Source of the DNA: Podarcis tiliguerta | Lineage: Eukaryota | Length of the DNA: 64,000 bases | NCBI GenBank assembly: GCA_965153285.1 | Contig: OZ229111.1 | Direction: 5' to 3' (one strand) | Shown here: positions 1-12,999 of the stretch, in pieces | Layout: each line of letters starts with the position of its first letter | How positions within the stretch are numbered: position 1 is the first letter of the stretch | Notes under the pieces: model-generated | What the model was told of the DNA's origin: nothing | The model's database searches: none | What the model saw: the letters and a program-made list of their open reading frames with translations, nothing else | Position numbers and translations under genes: made by a program

Positions 1-430
1 GGGAGTTGGTTCCAAGCACATGGGACAGTAACATGGAAAGAACAGTCCCTTGATGGAAAGTGGTGGAGCTGGAGGAGTGAAAGCCTTGGATAGACATATC
101 TTGAGGTATAAGAGTGGAGAGATAAAGGAGAGGGGAAAGGTATGGAGGGTTTTGACGATAAGTACAGTGGTACCTCTAGTTACAAACTTAACTCGTTCTG
201 GAGGTCCGTTCTTAACCTGAAACTGTTCTTAACCTGAGGCATTCTTTCATTAATGGGGCCTCTTGCTGCTGCTGCTGGCACACGATTTCCATTCTCATTC
301 TGGGGCAAAGTTCTCAACTTGAGGTAACTCTTTGAGGTTAGCGGAGTTTGTAACCTGAAGCGTTTGTAACCTGAGGCGTTTGTAACTCGAAGTACCACTG
401 TACTGGATCTGGGAGCAGACAGGAAGCTAG
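1..430 (-). mobile_element. Old L2 LINE 3' remnant, interrupted by the MITE at 165-400
   Basis: The reverse complement across the insertion resembles the L2 ORF2 C-terminal HWLP..RI..K..KAL region. Confidence 0.45.
165..400. mobile_element. Tc1/mariner (Tigger-like) MITE, family A copy 1
   Basis: TIR CAGTGGTAC...GTACCACTG with TA on both sides (163-164, 401-402). Internal TAACCTGA repeats. Homologous to 13860-14085. Confidence 0.85.
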
Positions 431-2319
431 TGTAGAGATTTACCACAAAAATCTATGATTGCTGCTGGCCTATAGTGTATGGCTTTAAAAGTGGATTAAA
501 CAAACTCATGGAGAACAGGCTGAAAAAATGGCGAAGACGGCTTGTTTGCTGGAAGCCAAATCATGGGATGAAGTGATGCAGTGACTTTTTGAAACTGTGG
601 GATAACAGCTTCTCCGGAGACATGATGGGAACCAGCAACAGTTGCAGGAATAAAGGATACAACACTATATATCGATGGGGAAACATGGAAATAATTGTCA
701 CATGCAGGAAAGAATAAGGATTACAGCTAAAGTTCCTCACTTAAAACTTTATAAATTACTGACCAACACGAATTGAAATCACAAGATGGTACCTGTCATA
801 TAAGGGATTCTTATGTCTGAATGGAATGGAATGGAAATTATTCAAATTTTGGAATGCAGAAAAAATGTAGAAGAATGAACTAATCAACTATAGCATGTGA
901 AGGGGCCAGTTTAATTAAATTGTATAATTTGACATTTGAATAATTGGCATTAATAATAATAATAATAATATTAATTGGATAAAATTGGTATTGTTATAAT
1001 GAGGTGGTTATTGGAACATATCGGAAAATCTCTCATATATATATGTGCTTTTTTGATGGTGATGAGCCAGGATAGCTAAATGGAACACACACACCCAATT
1101 CAATGGCAAGATCTTAATATACTGATATTTTTAGTACTATTTCTCTGGTACTGTTTATAATTCTTAACGAAGTTAGCTGAAGCAGGGTTTCTTCCCTCTG
1201 CACGGTAATATAGTGAGGTGCTTCCAGTAACATTGGAGTTGTTGTAAGAGAGAACATTTAGAGAGCATTGCTGTGTTTACATTTGTGTTTTCTCATTTGT
1301 GAAAAAGAAAGTACATGCTAGATGGGACGAGGGACACACACACACACACACACACTAAAATGTTGAATGTGCACTGAGAAGCACTGCTTAAAACGTAGAA
1401 CTAGAAATCTTGCAATATAAGCATGTTTCCATAATCAAAAAAGGAAAGCATTTCTGGAGGGTTTATTGGAAACAGCTGGACAAGAGTGAAATATAGCCAT
1501 TGGGCTGTTGTGTGCTGTTTTTCATGCAGTCTACAGCAATGATATGACATCTTAGAACCAAACCAAGAAACTTGCAAAATCATTTTAATGGGAAAATCCT
1601 CTTGGTTTTGCTGTCCTGCTGACAAATGCAAGCACTGCAGGCAAAGTGACCTTGAGATGGAAGAATCTGGGGCAAAGAGGAAGTTGGTGCCAAAGTCTAA
1701 AAGGACAGAGCGACCAATAACCACAAGTCATTGTTCTCCAGGCTCGAAAGGAGTTTTGTTTGGGGTTAGCTTTTTTGGTTTAAAGAATTGAGTACAGTAT
1801 TCTTGTTAGAATTTGAAAGCTCCGTATAAGAGGCAAGCATAATAGCATTTAAAAGGCACTTTAACGTAAACCACTAAAGTAGTTATTGGATACTCAGAAC
1901 TGACCCATCTATATCTTGCAGGTGCTTTCCCTTTGGATAAAACAGCTGAATCATTACAGTGCTGAGGTTTTGAAATTCTCCAGAGTTATTTCTTAATAAA
2001 AGCTGAGGTCAAGATTGCATATATAGTACAGGTAACAGTTTAATATTTGTTCTCCAGCTGCTGGAAACCACAGGAGGAGAGAATGCTTTTGTTCTCGTGT
2101 TCTTCTTGCTGGTTTCCCACAGGCATCTAGTTGACCACTGTGAGAACAGGATGCCGGATGTGACGTTTTCTTCAACCATTTAGGCTACACACAATTACAT
2201 TTGCTTTCTGGGCTAGTCTACGGGTGTCTTCAGGCCTCTGACAGCTTAGCTGGCATGGGGGTACGTGGGACATGTTTATTCTAAGAACAACTTCCAGAGA
2301 CATACTAGTTTACTGCAGC

Positions 2320-2440
2320 AGAAGCAAAGAGTCTTGAAGCACCTTGAGGACTGTATAAGGTTTCAGGGAGCACAGTTCATTTCACCAGATACATTGGCTG
2401 AAGTGGACTTTTGTCCACAAATGCTTAAACCATAACAGCT
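2320..2440. mobile_element. Probable Penelope-like element terminal fragment
   Basis: AAAGAGTCTTGAAGCACCTTGAGGACT...GAAGTGGAC..GTCCACAAATGCTTA resembles recalled reptile Penelope terminal repeats. Confidence 0.4.
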
Positions 2441-3644
2441 ATGTTTTGTTTTTAATGTACTTCAAGTAGTCATTCTTAAAGTTCTTTTAGGTTTTTTTTT
2501 ATCCAGGGAAAGCGCAATAGGTTCCGCCATGCTTTCTTGCAATAGCAATCAAGTAGTTTATTGTTGTTTTTTAACCTATAAAGCCCTAAAGAGTGGATTG
2601 TCTTCAGAGAAGGCATAATCAGGCTAGAGTAACCGTTATTTATTGTAGAGTACTGTCTTCTGTCATAAAATTTGGTAATGTAAATCACAGTTTCCACTAT
2701 GTACATGAAATACTCATTTCTACTGGTCTTGAGATTCTGTTTTTGTTGACCAAAGGTTGATTTAAATGTGTAAGTGGGAGGCTGCTGAGTTAAGGACCTA
2801 AGATTTCATTGTAATAAATTGCCTCATTATAAAGCTGCTAATGTGTTGTTTTTAGTGGTCAGGGACAGTGATGGATTGATATCCAATCAAGATTTTCAGC
2901 TGAGAGGGCATATCTGCGTGGTTCTGCACTCTGCACTTGTGAAGACACGTGGAAAGGCTTAATATCAGAAGAACGTAGTGAAAGGGTTAAGTAGTTTAAA
3001 TCTGATCCACATTTTCCTGTAATTATACTCCAGCCTCTAGTGTTTTAAAACACTTTTGCTTTGTGGCACTTTTGCTTTGTGTCTTAAAGCAAACTGTGGG
3101 TGAAGTATGTATTTGGTGTGGAGCTACTCTGACTGTGACTTGTGTGGGTAATAGCCAACTAGGATAGGAGGGAGAGAGCCATGTCAGGTCAAATACTTAG
3201 TCACTAAAGGCTTTAAAAATTGATTCCATTAATAGCTGTTGCTATGTTTTCATCCAATGAATTCTTTTAGCACTTTGATAGTATAGTTTATCAGGCTCTG
3301 CTTTCTTGGATTCCTTTCAAACCTCCAGTAACATTAGTCACCACTTTTGTGTACTGACCTCTGAAGTCTTACCTAATGTTTATGCTGATTTCTACTAATC
3401 TAATTGAGAAAATGGAAGCAAAGTTTGAATTATTCAGCTTCCTTTCCTTTAATAGCTCGTGAGACCCACAGTTTCCTCTTACCCTCTTTTGTGTTTGGGG
3501 GGGTATATTTGAAGAATATAATTCCCCCCCCTCCTGTCACCACCACCAGATTTGTTTCTTTAAATTTGTTGTTTTATTCCGACATCAGTAATGTGCTTTT
3601 GTCTTTAAAATTCATCCAGCCTTTGCCATTCTTTCTTCTGCAGT

Positions 3645-4230
3645 ATTGCCATGTATGAGCACTGGCTGCCCACTTCTTGCTGAGCCAGGTTCAGATTCCT
3701 TGTACTAATTTGCAAAGCCCTAAGAAACTTAGGTCCAGGGCACCCCAGGACTGCCTAAACCAGGAGTCAGCAAACTTTTCCAGCAGGGGGCTGGTCCACT
3801 GTCCCTCTGACCTTGTGGGGAGCTGGACTATATTTTGGGGAAAAGAATGAACGAATTCCTATGCCTCACAAATAACCCAGAGATGCATTTTAAATAAAAG
3901 GACACGTTCTATTCATGTAAAAACACGCTGATTCCCGGACCGTCCGTGGGCCAGATTTAGAAGGCGATTGGGCCGGATCCGGCCCCCGGGCCTTAGTTTG
4001 CCTACCCATGGCCTAAACCCTTCTATCCCAGCCTCACCACTGAGCTCATCTGCAGGATTTTCATTGGTTGTCCCCTGAGCTGGCAAGGCTTATTTGACAT
4101 CAATGCAAAGTAGAGCCTTTAGTGTAATTGGCCCAGTTCTGTGGAATGCTCTGCCAATTGAGGATCAGCAGACACCTTTAAACACCTGCTAAAAACATTT
4201 CCATTCTGGCAAACTTATGCAAGCATATTT
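3645..4230 (+). mobile_element. L2 LINE 3' remnant hosting a hAT MITE
   Basis: CACTGGCTGCCC (HWLP), AAAGCCCTA (KAL), AGAGCCTTTAGTGTA (RAFSV) and CTGTGGAATGCTCTGCC (LWNALP) occur in L2 order. Confidence 0.7.
3761..4010. mobile_element. hAT-type MITE (~250 bp), family B copy 1
   Basis: Imperfect TIR CAGGAGTCAGCAAAC...GTTTGCCTACCCATG. Perfect 8-bp TSD GCCTAAAC (3753-3760, 4011-4018). Homologous to 62379-62628. Confidence 0.9.
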
Positions 4231-7200
4231 CCATAATAATTAGTTGAGGGTCTCTGGTTTTTGTTTTTATTTTTATTGAAATAATTTGTATTGGGTTTTC
4301 AAGAATAAGTAAATACATAAGCAGAGGAAGTTATCTGTTCAATAAAGTACGTTGATACAACTGCAATGCATCATTTATACTTCCCTCACTCAGCAAACAA
4401 ACATATACAGATAAACCACTACTGCAAATAAACAAATAAAATAATTGAAACAAAACTAGACCCCCTTCCTCCCCCTGCTACCAACAGATCCTTTGAAAGC
4501 CCTGTTACTCCTCAGCAGATAAGTGTGGCAAAGAAATATCATATCACTCTCCTACAAAGTAATCATTCTTTGCTTGTCTCCTAATTACTTTCCATTTATT
4601 TGTACATTTTCCCACTATAGCTAACCTCAAGACCCTCCCATACAACTCTCAGTTTTTATTTGTATGTGTTTTTAGTATATAGAGATAATGTAAAATGCTT
4701 TGATATCTTATATGCTATAGTGGTATATAAATATTTTTATCATTTTTGCATTTTACAGATTGCTAACACAGCTATTGTGGAATTTCTAGCATTGATGATA
4801 AGGTGCATTTTTGAAGCAAATTCTAATTAGAAGTGTTCCTTGGTGGGGGCTGGTCCATCCTGCAGTCTAAGGAGGGAAAAATGACTCCCCGGTGAGCTAT
4901 GTGTCTGCATCAAGCTGCATGCAGTCTCACAGCCTGAACTGAATCTACAGTACTGATGAGTTTACATTCAGGAAATGAGGAGCCACATGTAGCCTGAAAC
5001 TTTAAAGAGCTCTTAAAATAGAAAAATAAAAGAGGAAGGGTAAAATGTCACAGCTGCGTGGCAATTATGCAGTGTACTGACTAAGAAGGTTTTAAGTTGT
5101 GTCCTGGTGTGTACTTAAAATCCTGTTACGGTGTTTCATGTTATATATCCCTCCAAGGGTCCCAAATGTCTTAGGAACTAGAGAATAATGAGACAGGAGA
5201 AGTAGATTCTGTAGTTTGTCCCCCTTCCCCTGCTTGATTAAAAAGAAGGAAAGAAATATATTTATTGTGTCAGGCCTTGAAAAATGGCTTTGCTTACCAG
5301 AAGTAGAAAGGCAGGATTTGAGAGTAGCTAAGGAGAAAGCTGCAGAATCTGTTAGCTGAAGCCATACCACAGTAAACCTGGCAATAGCCCCTGACAATTC
5401 TGCATGTCATAAGGATTTTACAAACATGAATGGAATTATATAACATAATGTATTGCTTTGCTCCTTTGTTCTTCCATATCACAAAAAAGACAGAAAAATA
5501 GTTGCTATGAAAAGAGAAATTTATCATATTTGAGATGAGGATTATTGGAAGTGCCTTATTGCATGTACCATCCAGGTAACATCAATTTGTAATTTTGAAT
5601 CTGAGTAAGATAAAGCAATTTATTTTTCTGCAGTCACATATGCTTTATGTCCATTTCCTACCTGCAAATGGCAGTAAATAAGAGCTCAAGTTTGAATTGT
5701 TTGCACTCCTAATAAGAATTTGTAGGTGATGCCTATACACATCACATTGCTGATGTTCACAGATATCATGACTGAGACTTGGAAGTAAACTGATTAAATT
5801 TTAAGTCTCTTGGTGCTGAATTACTTGGTACACACTGCCTATTGACTTACTACCTCTTTAGCCCAATTGATCTTTTGGCCTTGATAAAACGTCAGCATGG
5901 TATTGCCTAGAAATTACTCTGTGTTCACATATATTCAAATTTCAGGCCATATATGGCTTCAAAATCTGGTGTGGTAATCTTTCATTCAACAAGAAAAAAA
6001 TGGACTTATAGGTACCACAAATAAAACATTTTGGGGGGACCTACAATCTTTTCCCTATTGTTGCAGATTCCTGCAGGTTCCTGCAGGAATATCCTTTGCT
6101 CATAGAGGGAGAAATTTATCATATCAAGCAATCGTTTCAGACATGGATTCAGGGATCCTTTGTATGGGCATCAACCCAGGTCTTAATGAACTTTCCTTAA
6201 CCTTTTCTATGTTGCAAATATGGTTTGTGAACTAAATAAATGGTTTTCAGCCGTGCTATTAAATCTAGACCTTGAATTCTTGAGATACAGGAACTGCAGC
6301 ATCTTTCAAGAAAGAGCAGATGAATTCTTAACACAGTGACTGCAATCAGAAGTTGTTTTTTTTAAAAAATAAGGTTAGGGTATTACATTAAATACTAAAA
6401 GACGATATAGCCAAAAAGCTATGTGTGCTACCCTCCATATAGATTTTTTTTATTGTTTCCCATCAAATTTTGCAACAGTAATAGGCTGTCTCTTCAGCCC
6501 TACACGTGTCTTTAGCATTTCTTCAAAGCTGATGCATGTTCAAAGCCCTTTAAGCTCTTTACTGGAGACCAAAAAAAGAGGCTCTGCACAACACTTCTAG
6601 AAATTAAATATCAATAAATCACTTTGAGAATCTTGAATTCTGAAAGAGAAGAACAAAGCTTGAACTGTTTCTACGGCCCTGCATATAAGCACAAGCCTGA
6701 TAGCCATTGGCAACAAGGAATCACATGTAAGCAAGTTCATGGACTGCCACACAGGTGAATGAATGAGATTTTGGAGGAGGGGTGGAACATTTTGCCCCTT
6801 CCACTGCACCCAGCACAGAAACCAGACGGGTTTCATGCCCAACAGAGAAATGCAGCTTCAGTCTGTCGTCTGCCATCCCCCAGCTATAACTTTTGTGGGC
6901 TCATCTACAAGCCTGATTTAATGAAGCATGTCGTAACTGTAATATCCAAATCACTGTAGAGTGGCCAGCACTTTATTCATTTTTCTGTTGGTGGGAAAGG
7001 GCAGTTGTATGGGTCTTGAGGTGTTTCTGAGTCAATAGCCAAATACAATTGGTACAAATATTCAGTTTGATTGTATAGTGAAGTGGAAGCAAGTTCCTTT
7101 AGTGTTCTTTGGAACAATAACTTAAAAGTAGTGAGTTAATGAGAACTGGCTCTTATAGTCCATCACAAGATGCTATTAAGCAAGATTGGTCTGATTGATG

Positions 7201-8254
7201 AGTGTTCCCTATACTTTAAAATAGTACATTAATGACTTGGATTTTTTAATGAAAGTTTGAGTAGCCAGAATTGTCTTAGTAGGTATCTGAATTTGGTTAC
7301 TAAATTATCCTCACATTCATAGACAAAGTCATCCAAAAAACATCCCAAATTACTTCTGTGAAGGTTATGGGGTAAACTTTTGGTAGAGGTTTGGCTGAAA
7401 TGGTAGAATTTGCTATGGTTTGCCTACAGTTTGGAATAGGAGTATTTAAAACCTCATAGATAGTGTAACATTTGTATGCCCAAGGGTCAATCGAAATGTC
7501 TATTTGAAACAAAGAAGGAAAAATAGACAATGGGAGAAAACAAAACATCAGAGGAGGCAACAATGCGAGGCAAGGAAGGAGTCCTTTGAAGATGTTCAAA
7601 TAAATTTGTTGTGATGCACAATGTTCGAAGGGACAGCTATAAAAGCAAGCATTTAAACAGTTCTTCAACACAAAAACTTTAAAATTTATTCCATTATAAC
7701 AAATGGTTATCATTTATACTAATCTTTGTATTAATAATATTACAGATTAAATCAGTAACATTTTTTCCAAAGTAAAGGTTACACATCCTAAAGATTATTA
7801 AGATCACAAAGGGGGGGGGGGAATGCATAGTACTACATTTAATTTATACCTTGGATTATATAGAACATTCTTTTTCTATTTCTGGGAACACCAGACACCA
7901 TGCCATGTAACAAATTGCATTTGAAAACTACAGCTTCCTGACCTTCAAAAGTAGTTTGACGTTTGTGATGTTTGAGAAATGCAAGCAGACTGACTCGTGA
8001 GTCCTGGCAAGATGGAGGCACTGTGGGTGAGCGATTCCCAAGTCCAGTTAATTGATCAGCTGCTCGCTTTCATTGGAGTCTTGTTCTCCTGAAAGAACAG
8101 GTTTGTAGACTGGGGTGCACCTGGATGCATCTTTGTCACAGGTGATATCAGTGTCTAGAAGTGCCCTTTACCAGTTTTGACTGGTTAATACAACTATGGA
8201 GGTTCTCTGGACTGGCTTAACCTGGCCAGCTATTTATTGGCCATCTACTGGTAA

Positions 8255-8405
8255 GCTCCGCATTGGATTCTGCACTCTTATTTGGAATTGTCCTTGAGAT
8301 GACCTGGAAGCTGCAGCTAGTGCACAGTGTGGTGACTTGCATGCTCCCTGTGGCAGAATATCACCATTATTTTATGTTGCTTTTGAGAGAATTGTGCTCA
8401 CTGTC
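8255..8405 (+). mobile_element. L2 ORF2 fragment
   Basis: LDSALLFGIVLEMTWKLQLVHSVVTCML resembles the L2 LDYCNALYxGLPLKxxxKLQLVQNAAARLL motif. Confidence 0.6.
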
Positions 8406-8519
8406 GAACAGAAATGTTTGTAAGAAAAGCTATCCCAGTGAACTTGTTCCCACTGTGTTGTAAGCTAGAAAAAGCACGTGTTTCTAGGAACGGTTTTATA
8501 ATGTCGTAGTAAAGAAGCA

Positions 8520-8883
8520 GGGACGCGGGTGGCGCTGTGGGTAAAAGCCTCAGCACTTAGGGCTTGCCGATCGCATGGTCGGCGGTTCGAATCCCCGTGG
8601 CGGGGTGCGTTCCTGCTGTTCGGTCCCAGCGCCTGCCAACCTAGCAGTTCGAAAGCACTCCCGGGTGCAAGTAGATAAATAGGGACCGCTTACTAGCGGG
8701 AAGGTAAACGGCGTTTCCGTGTGCGGCTCTGGCTCGCCAGAGCAGCGATGTCACGCTGGCCACGTGACCCGGAAGTGTCTTTGGACAGCGCTGGCCCCCG
8801 GCCTCTTTGAGTGAGATGGGCGCACAACCCTAGAGTCTGTCAAGACTGGCCCGTACGGGCAGGGGTACCTTTACCTTTACCTT
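8520..8883 (+). mobile_element. Full-length Sauria SINE (Squam1/POM-like)
   Basis: GGGACGCGGGTGGCGCTGTGG head, B-box GGTTCGAATCCC, (ACCTTT)n tail. 13-bp TSD TAGTAAAGAAGCA at 8507-8519 and 8884-8896. Confidence 0.93.
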
Positions 8884-10290
8884 TAGTAAAGAAGCAACCC
8901 TTTAAAAGAGAGATTCGGTTGACTAGTTACCTTTTGTTCTTTTACTTTCTCTTGAGCCAGTGTTGATTAAGTATATACATGTCATGACTAAGCAGTGAGG
9001 GGAAGGTCATGGAACTATATTGGATTCTGCTGTGCAAACACCTTTACTATTTCTCCTACGTACTGTGGTATAATCAATGTTTCTGGGTTAGAGAATATAT
9101 CCTTACAACAAAAGTGCCTCCTTGCCTGCTTCTGTTCTGTAACCATGATGTTCTGTGTGCCTAGTGAAGGGGGAAAATCCAAAGCATTTACTGTATTTCC
9201 ATTGCTCCTTCTAATTTTCACTCTCTTGGATAATTAGCTTGAACTCATTTAAGCAAGATTTCCCTCTGGCTTTGGAGTCTCTGAAGGGGTGATCTAAAGA
9301 GAATTCACAGCCATACAGAAAAAGAAACTTGGTTTATTCCGTACAAATGTAGATTAATTTAAACTGTAATGTGAGATGATTGGAAGATATAACAAGTAGT
9401 AAATTTGCCTGCCTCATCCCTCAGGCACCTACAGTTTAACTCTATAATCTGGCTTAGCTACACATCTCAGTTAAACATGGAAGAAGGCACGAAGCAATTG
9501 ATGATTATTACCTGTATCAGTAGTATTAAAGGATAATTGTCTCCCTTAAATTAATAAGAACTTGCTACTTACAGATTGTATAAAGCTTTTTTGAAGTTCC
9601 ACTTGCTTGAATTGTGTTAATACTTCTGGACTTGCATATCCAACTCTCCCTTCCCCCATTACTAAATTTAGAACTTAGTTCCATGTTTAGTCTCTTTCTG
9701 GAATGCTTTGGTATTGCACATAATTACTAATAGTATAATATTTATCTGTGTATGTTATTTCTAAACTGGCAATTATAGCACTTCTAATGCTGAGCTATAA
9801 TTGCTGTTTCTGCATCAGAATTCATAATAGGCTCTCTAGTCAAATGGCAACATACCAGGCACAGTAGTAAATTGGCTAATGTAGAGCATTTTCTATAAAG
9901 ATTTATTTCTATTTTTGTGCCCCATTAACTATTTATTTCAGCCCTATGAAATTATATAGTGAGAATAATGACACTTTCCAAGAGCTGTTAGAAAGCACTA
10001 ATAATATAAACTCATGAAAATGTGAATGAAATATTACTTAAATGTTGATGTGTCTCACTGTGGCCGCAGCAAGGAAAGTTTTTCGGCTCTTTAGGGAAAG
10101 GGTGCTGACTCAAGTGCTATACATTTGTTTTATTATGGGACAACCTGATGACTTGTTTTCACTAAAAGTTATGCATTATGATGAATTATTAGTAATGAAG
10201 GGGATGATTGGCCATGTTTAATGATGCTGAAGTGATAGCGGGGAATTTTTGATGCATAAATTAAAAGTTTTTTCTACAACTAATTGAAGA

Positions 10291-10349
10291 TAAAATATAA
10301 GGGGGTAGGGTAAAATATAAGGGGGTAGGGTAAAAAATATAAGGGGGTA
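10291..10349 (+). repeat. 20-bp minisatellite TAAAATATAAGGGGGTAGGG x ~3
   Basis: Read directly: two exact units plus one partial variant. Confidence 0.9.
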
Positions 10350-10360
10350 TGAATAACAAC

Positions 10361-10498
10361 CATCATCATCATCATCATCATCATATTCATAACCCCCCCC
10401 CCATCTGGCTGGGTTTCCCCAGCCATTCTGGGCAGCTCCCTGCAGAAGAGTAAAAACACAATAAAACATCAAACATTGAAAACTTCCCTTAAAAGGGA
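10361..10498 (-). mobile_element. L2 LINE extreme 3' end with trinucleotide tail
   Basis: Reverse complement of the tail sequence at 62860-62970 (GGCTGGGGAAACCCAGCCAGATGGG), with (CAT)n adjacent. Confidence 0.75.
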
Positions 10499-10598
10499 TA
10501 CAGTTTTGTATGGTAAAGCACAAAGCATGTATTCAAGAATGCAGGGTGAATTGTTTGCTTGTGGATGTTGACTGTCACCTACATAGCCTGGTAGATAG

Positions 10599-11675
10599 GT
10601 CATGGTGCATATTGGCACCATTGGCATGGGGAAATGTGTAGCTGTAAGGTCCTGGAAGCAAAATTTAGGTTGCTGGGAAGGTCGTTGAAGGCCAAGACCT
10701 CTGAAATGCTCCCTTTTCCATTTGCAGGGCCAGCTACACAGGCGCAGCTTTGTAGTCTCAGTGCATGGATGAGACAATGGTGTCAGGAAGAGGGGTTTGG
10801 ATATGTTAGGCATTGGGGACATCCTGCATCCTGTGACAAGCCAGGCTTTACTAATGGAATGGGCTCCACTTGAACTAAGATGGAGCCAGACTGTTGGCAT
10901 TTAAAGTGTTAAAAGGTGGTAGAGCAACTTTTAAACTGATCGGGGGGGGGGGGGGAGGAGCTGACAGGAGCTGAGGAGGGTCCGATTTGGAACAAAGTTC
11001 TCCTCTGGGATGAGAGTGATAAAACTGATGAAAATTAAAATAGGGAAGCGTAGAACTAGGCAATGGTGAACAGTGTTAGAAACTGAGATATGAAAACTAG
11101 GAGCTAAATGGCACCTTAAACCTAGGTTATGGGCACAACAACGGAAAGTCTAGATGCACTTTTTTATAACCAGAATACAAAGCTGAAAATGAACTGCAGC
11201 TAAAATATTATGTTCATTTTTCAAATGGTCTAGTCCTTTCCCTGTCCACCCCTGTAATATTCTTAACAGGGTCTCTTCTCCAGCCTTCAGAGAGTAGCTG
11301 GAAGTGAAGTGGGGAGGCAGAAAAAGGTCCTCCTTTTCTTCTACTCTGCAGTTTTAATTTGAAATCTTAGGCGTAGTACTGTGCCCAGAGCTCAGAAACT
11401 GCTTGTGCTAATGATAGTCCTTGTCGCAAAATGTGCCTGGAACAATGGGAGTTCGAACACTGATTATGAGTACGGGGGCGCAGTACAGCAATTCAGAGAG
11501 GCCACAATCTAAGTGCCAAAGACACTTGAAAAGAGAGACTGTATACAAGTGTTTATATGCTAATGCTAGTAGCTTGTGGGCCAAGATGGATGAACTGGAG
11601 TGCTTAGTCTTAGAGGAAGGCATTGATATAGTGGGAATAATAGAAATCTCATAGAATAGGGAGAACTTATGGGAG
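10599..11675 (+). mobile_element. Decayed CR1 LINE spanning the ORF1 C-terminus (SGNH esterase-like) and the ORF2 endonuclease start
   Basis: VMVHIGT, VLEAKFRLLGRSLKAKTS, AWMRQWCQEEGFGYVRHWG and GLHLN, with stop at 10937-10939. Then YKCLYANASSLWAKMDELECLVLEEGIDIVGIIE, the APE N-terminus. Confidence 0.85.
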
Positions 11676-12631
11676 ACATACTGTACAAGACTTTTTAGTC
11701 CTTGTAAACAGACATGTGACAACCTTTCTAATGATCCCTGATAACTGTGATGGTGGTTTAGTAATTTCCTCTACAAAGCAAAATGAGGTAGAAGTTAAGG
11801 ACTTTCTTCAGCATGAAAATGCTTAGAATTTTATTGTAAGTTCCATTGCTTTCACTGGGGCTTACTCTCTGGTGCTTAGAGTTGCAGCCTTCAGAAACCA
11901 TTTAAAAATTTAGTAATCTCAGTACATTATTTATTGAAATGCTGCTAAAAACAACAACCCTACAGCAAAGGGTGCAATCCAGCCAAGCTAAGCACCTGCA
12001 TTAACTTCAGTGGGAGTGTTAAGCTTAAATCTCTTTCCATTACAATAACTGGAACTTAAAAATGCTTAACAGTTTTGTAGTGTTGAACAGGAATATTTGC
12101 AACGTGGTGAAAATTTTAATGCTTCTATAGTGTTCTAAACTAGCAGTTATCCTGCCCCCTGCCCAATATGCAGGTTTCCTTGTTGTAAAATGATTTAGAT
12201 TCATGTTAGAATAACATTACTGGCAGAATTTCCAGTTCTAAACCTACGCATGTATCTTAAGTTTATAAATGAACAAATCTGTGTGACTTGCAAGTTTTAG
12301 TTTTCTATAAATGCGTTTATGGAATCTTGCAGTGAAGCTTCCTTATATTTCAGCAGCTCACTGGTGTGTTTAGCTAGTAATTACCATACTCTTTTACCTG
12401 GCAGCAGCTTTCCAGAGTCTCGGGCATTATTATTTTTGTCGTCCCTGCAGTTCTTTTGAACCGCAGATGTTGGAGACTGAGCCTTGTTCACGTGAAGCTT
12501 GTAATCTGTCATGGGGAGCCTTGACTTTTGCTCGATTGGGAGTCACCTCAGTTACAATAGTGACTTTCTCCAAACATTTCCTGGAGCTTTATGGAAGTGA
12601 AAGTTCCATCTGCTTTTTTGCATTTTTGCCC

Positions 12632-12943
12632 AACAATGATGTGGAAATATATTCTTGGCACAAGAATCCAAATTCAATGAAAATCTTCTTTGGGTTGCGG
12701 GGTGGGAAACTGACAAAATACAAAATGCTACGGACAATTCATGAGAATAAAGGTTTTCATTACTTTTGCATTGTTTTATTTTATTTTAACAATGATGTGG
12801 AAATATATTCTTGGCACAAGAATCCAAATTCAATGAAAATCTTCTTTGGGTTGCGGGGTGGGAAACTGACAAAATACAAAATGCTACGGACAATTCATGA
12901 GAATAAAGGTTTTCATTACTTTTGCATTGTTTTCTTTTATTTT
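12632..12943. repeat. 156-bp tandem duplication (2 copies)
   Basis: 12632-12787 versus 12788-12943; only one mismatch seen. Confidence 0.95.
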
Positions 12944-12999
12944 AGTTGTTCTTTGGGGCCATTCTCCTGTTTCTGGCTAAAGCTTTAGACAGGGGCATG

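Noticed and set aside
520-900. Possible L1/Tx1 ORF2 fragment (also ~4260-4640 and ~7300-7900)
   Set aside because: Motifs are too weak to annotate without alignment.
12467-12988. 173-aa ORF with an internal repeat
   Set aside because: It is produced by the 156-bp tandem duplication and resembles no protein I recognise.
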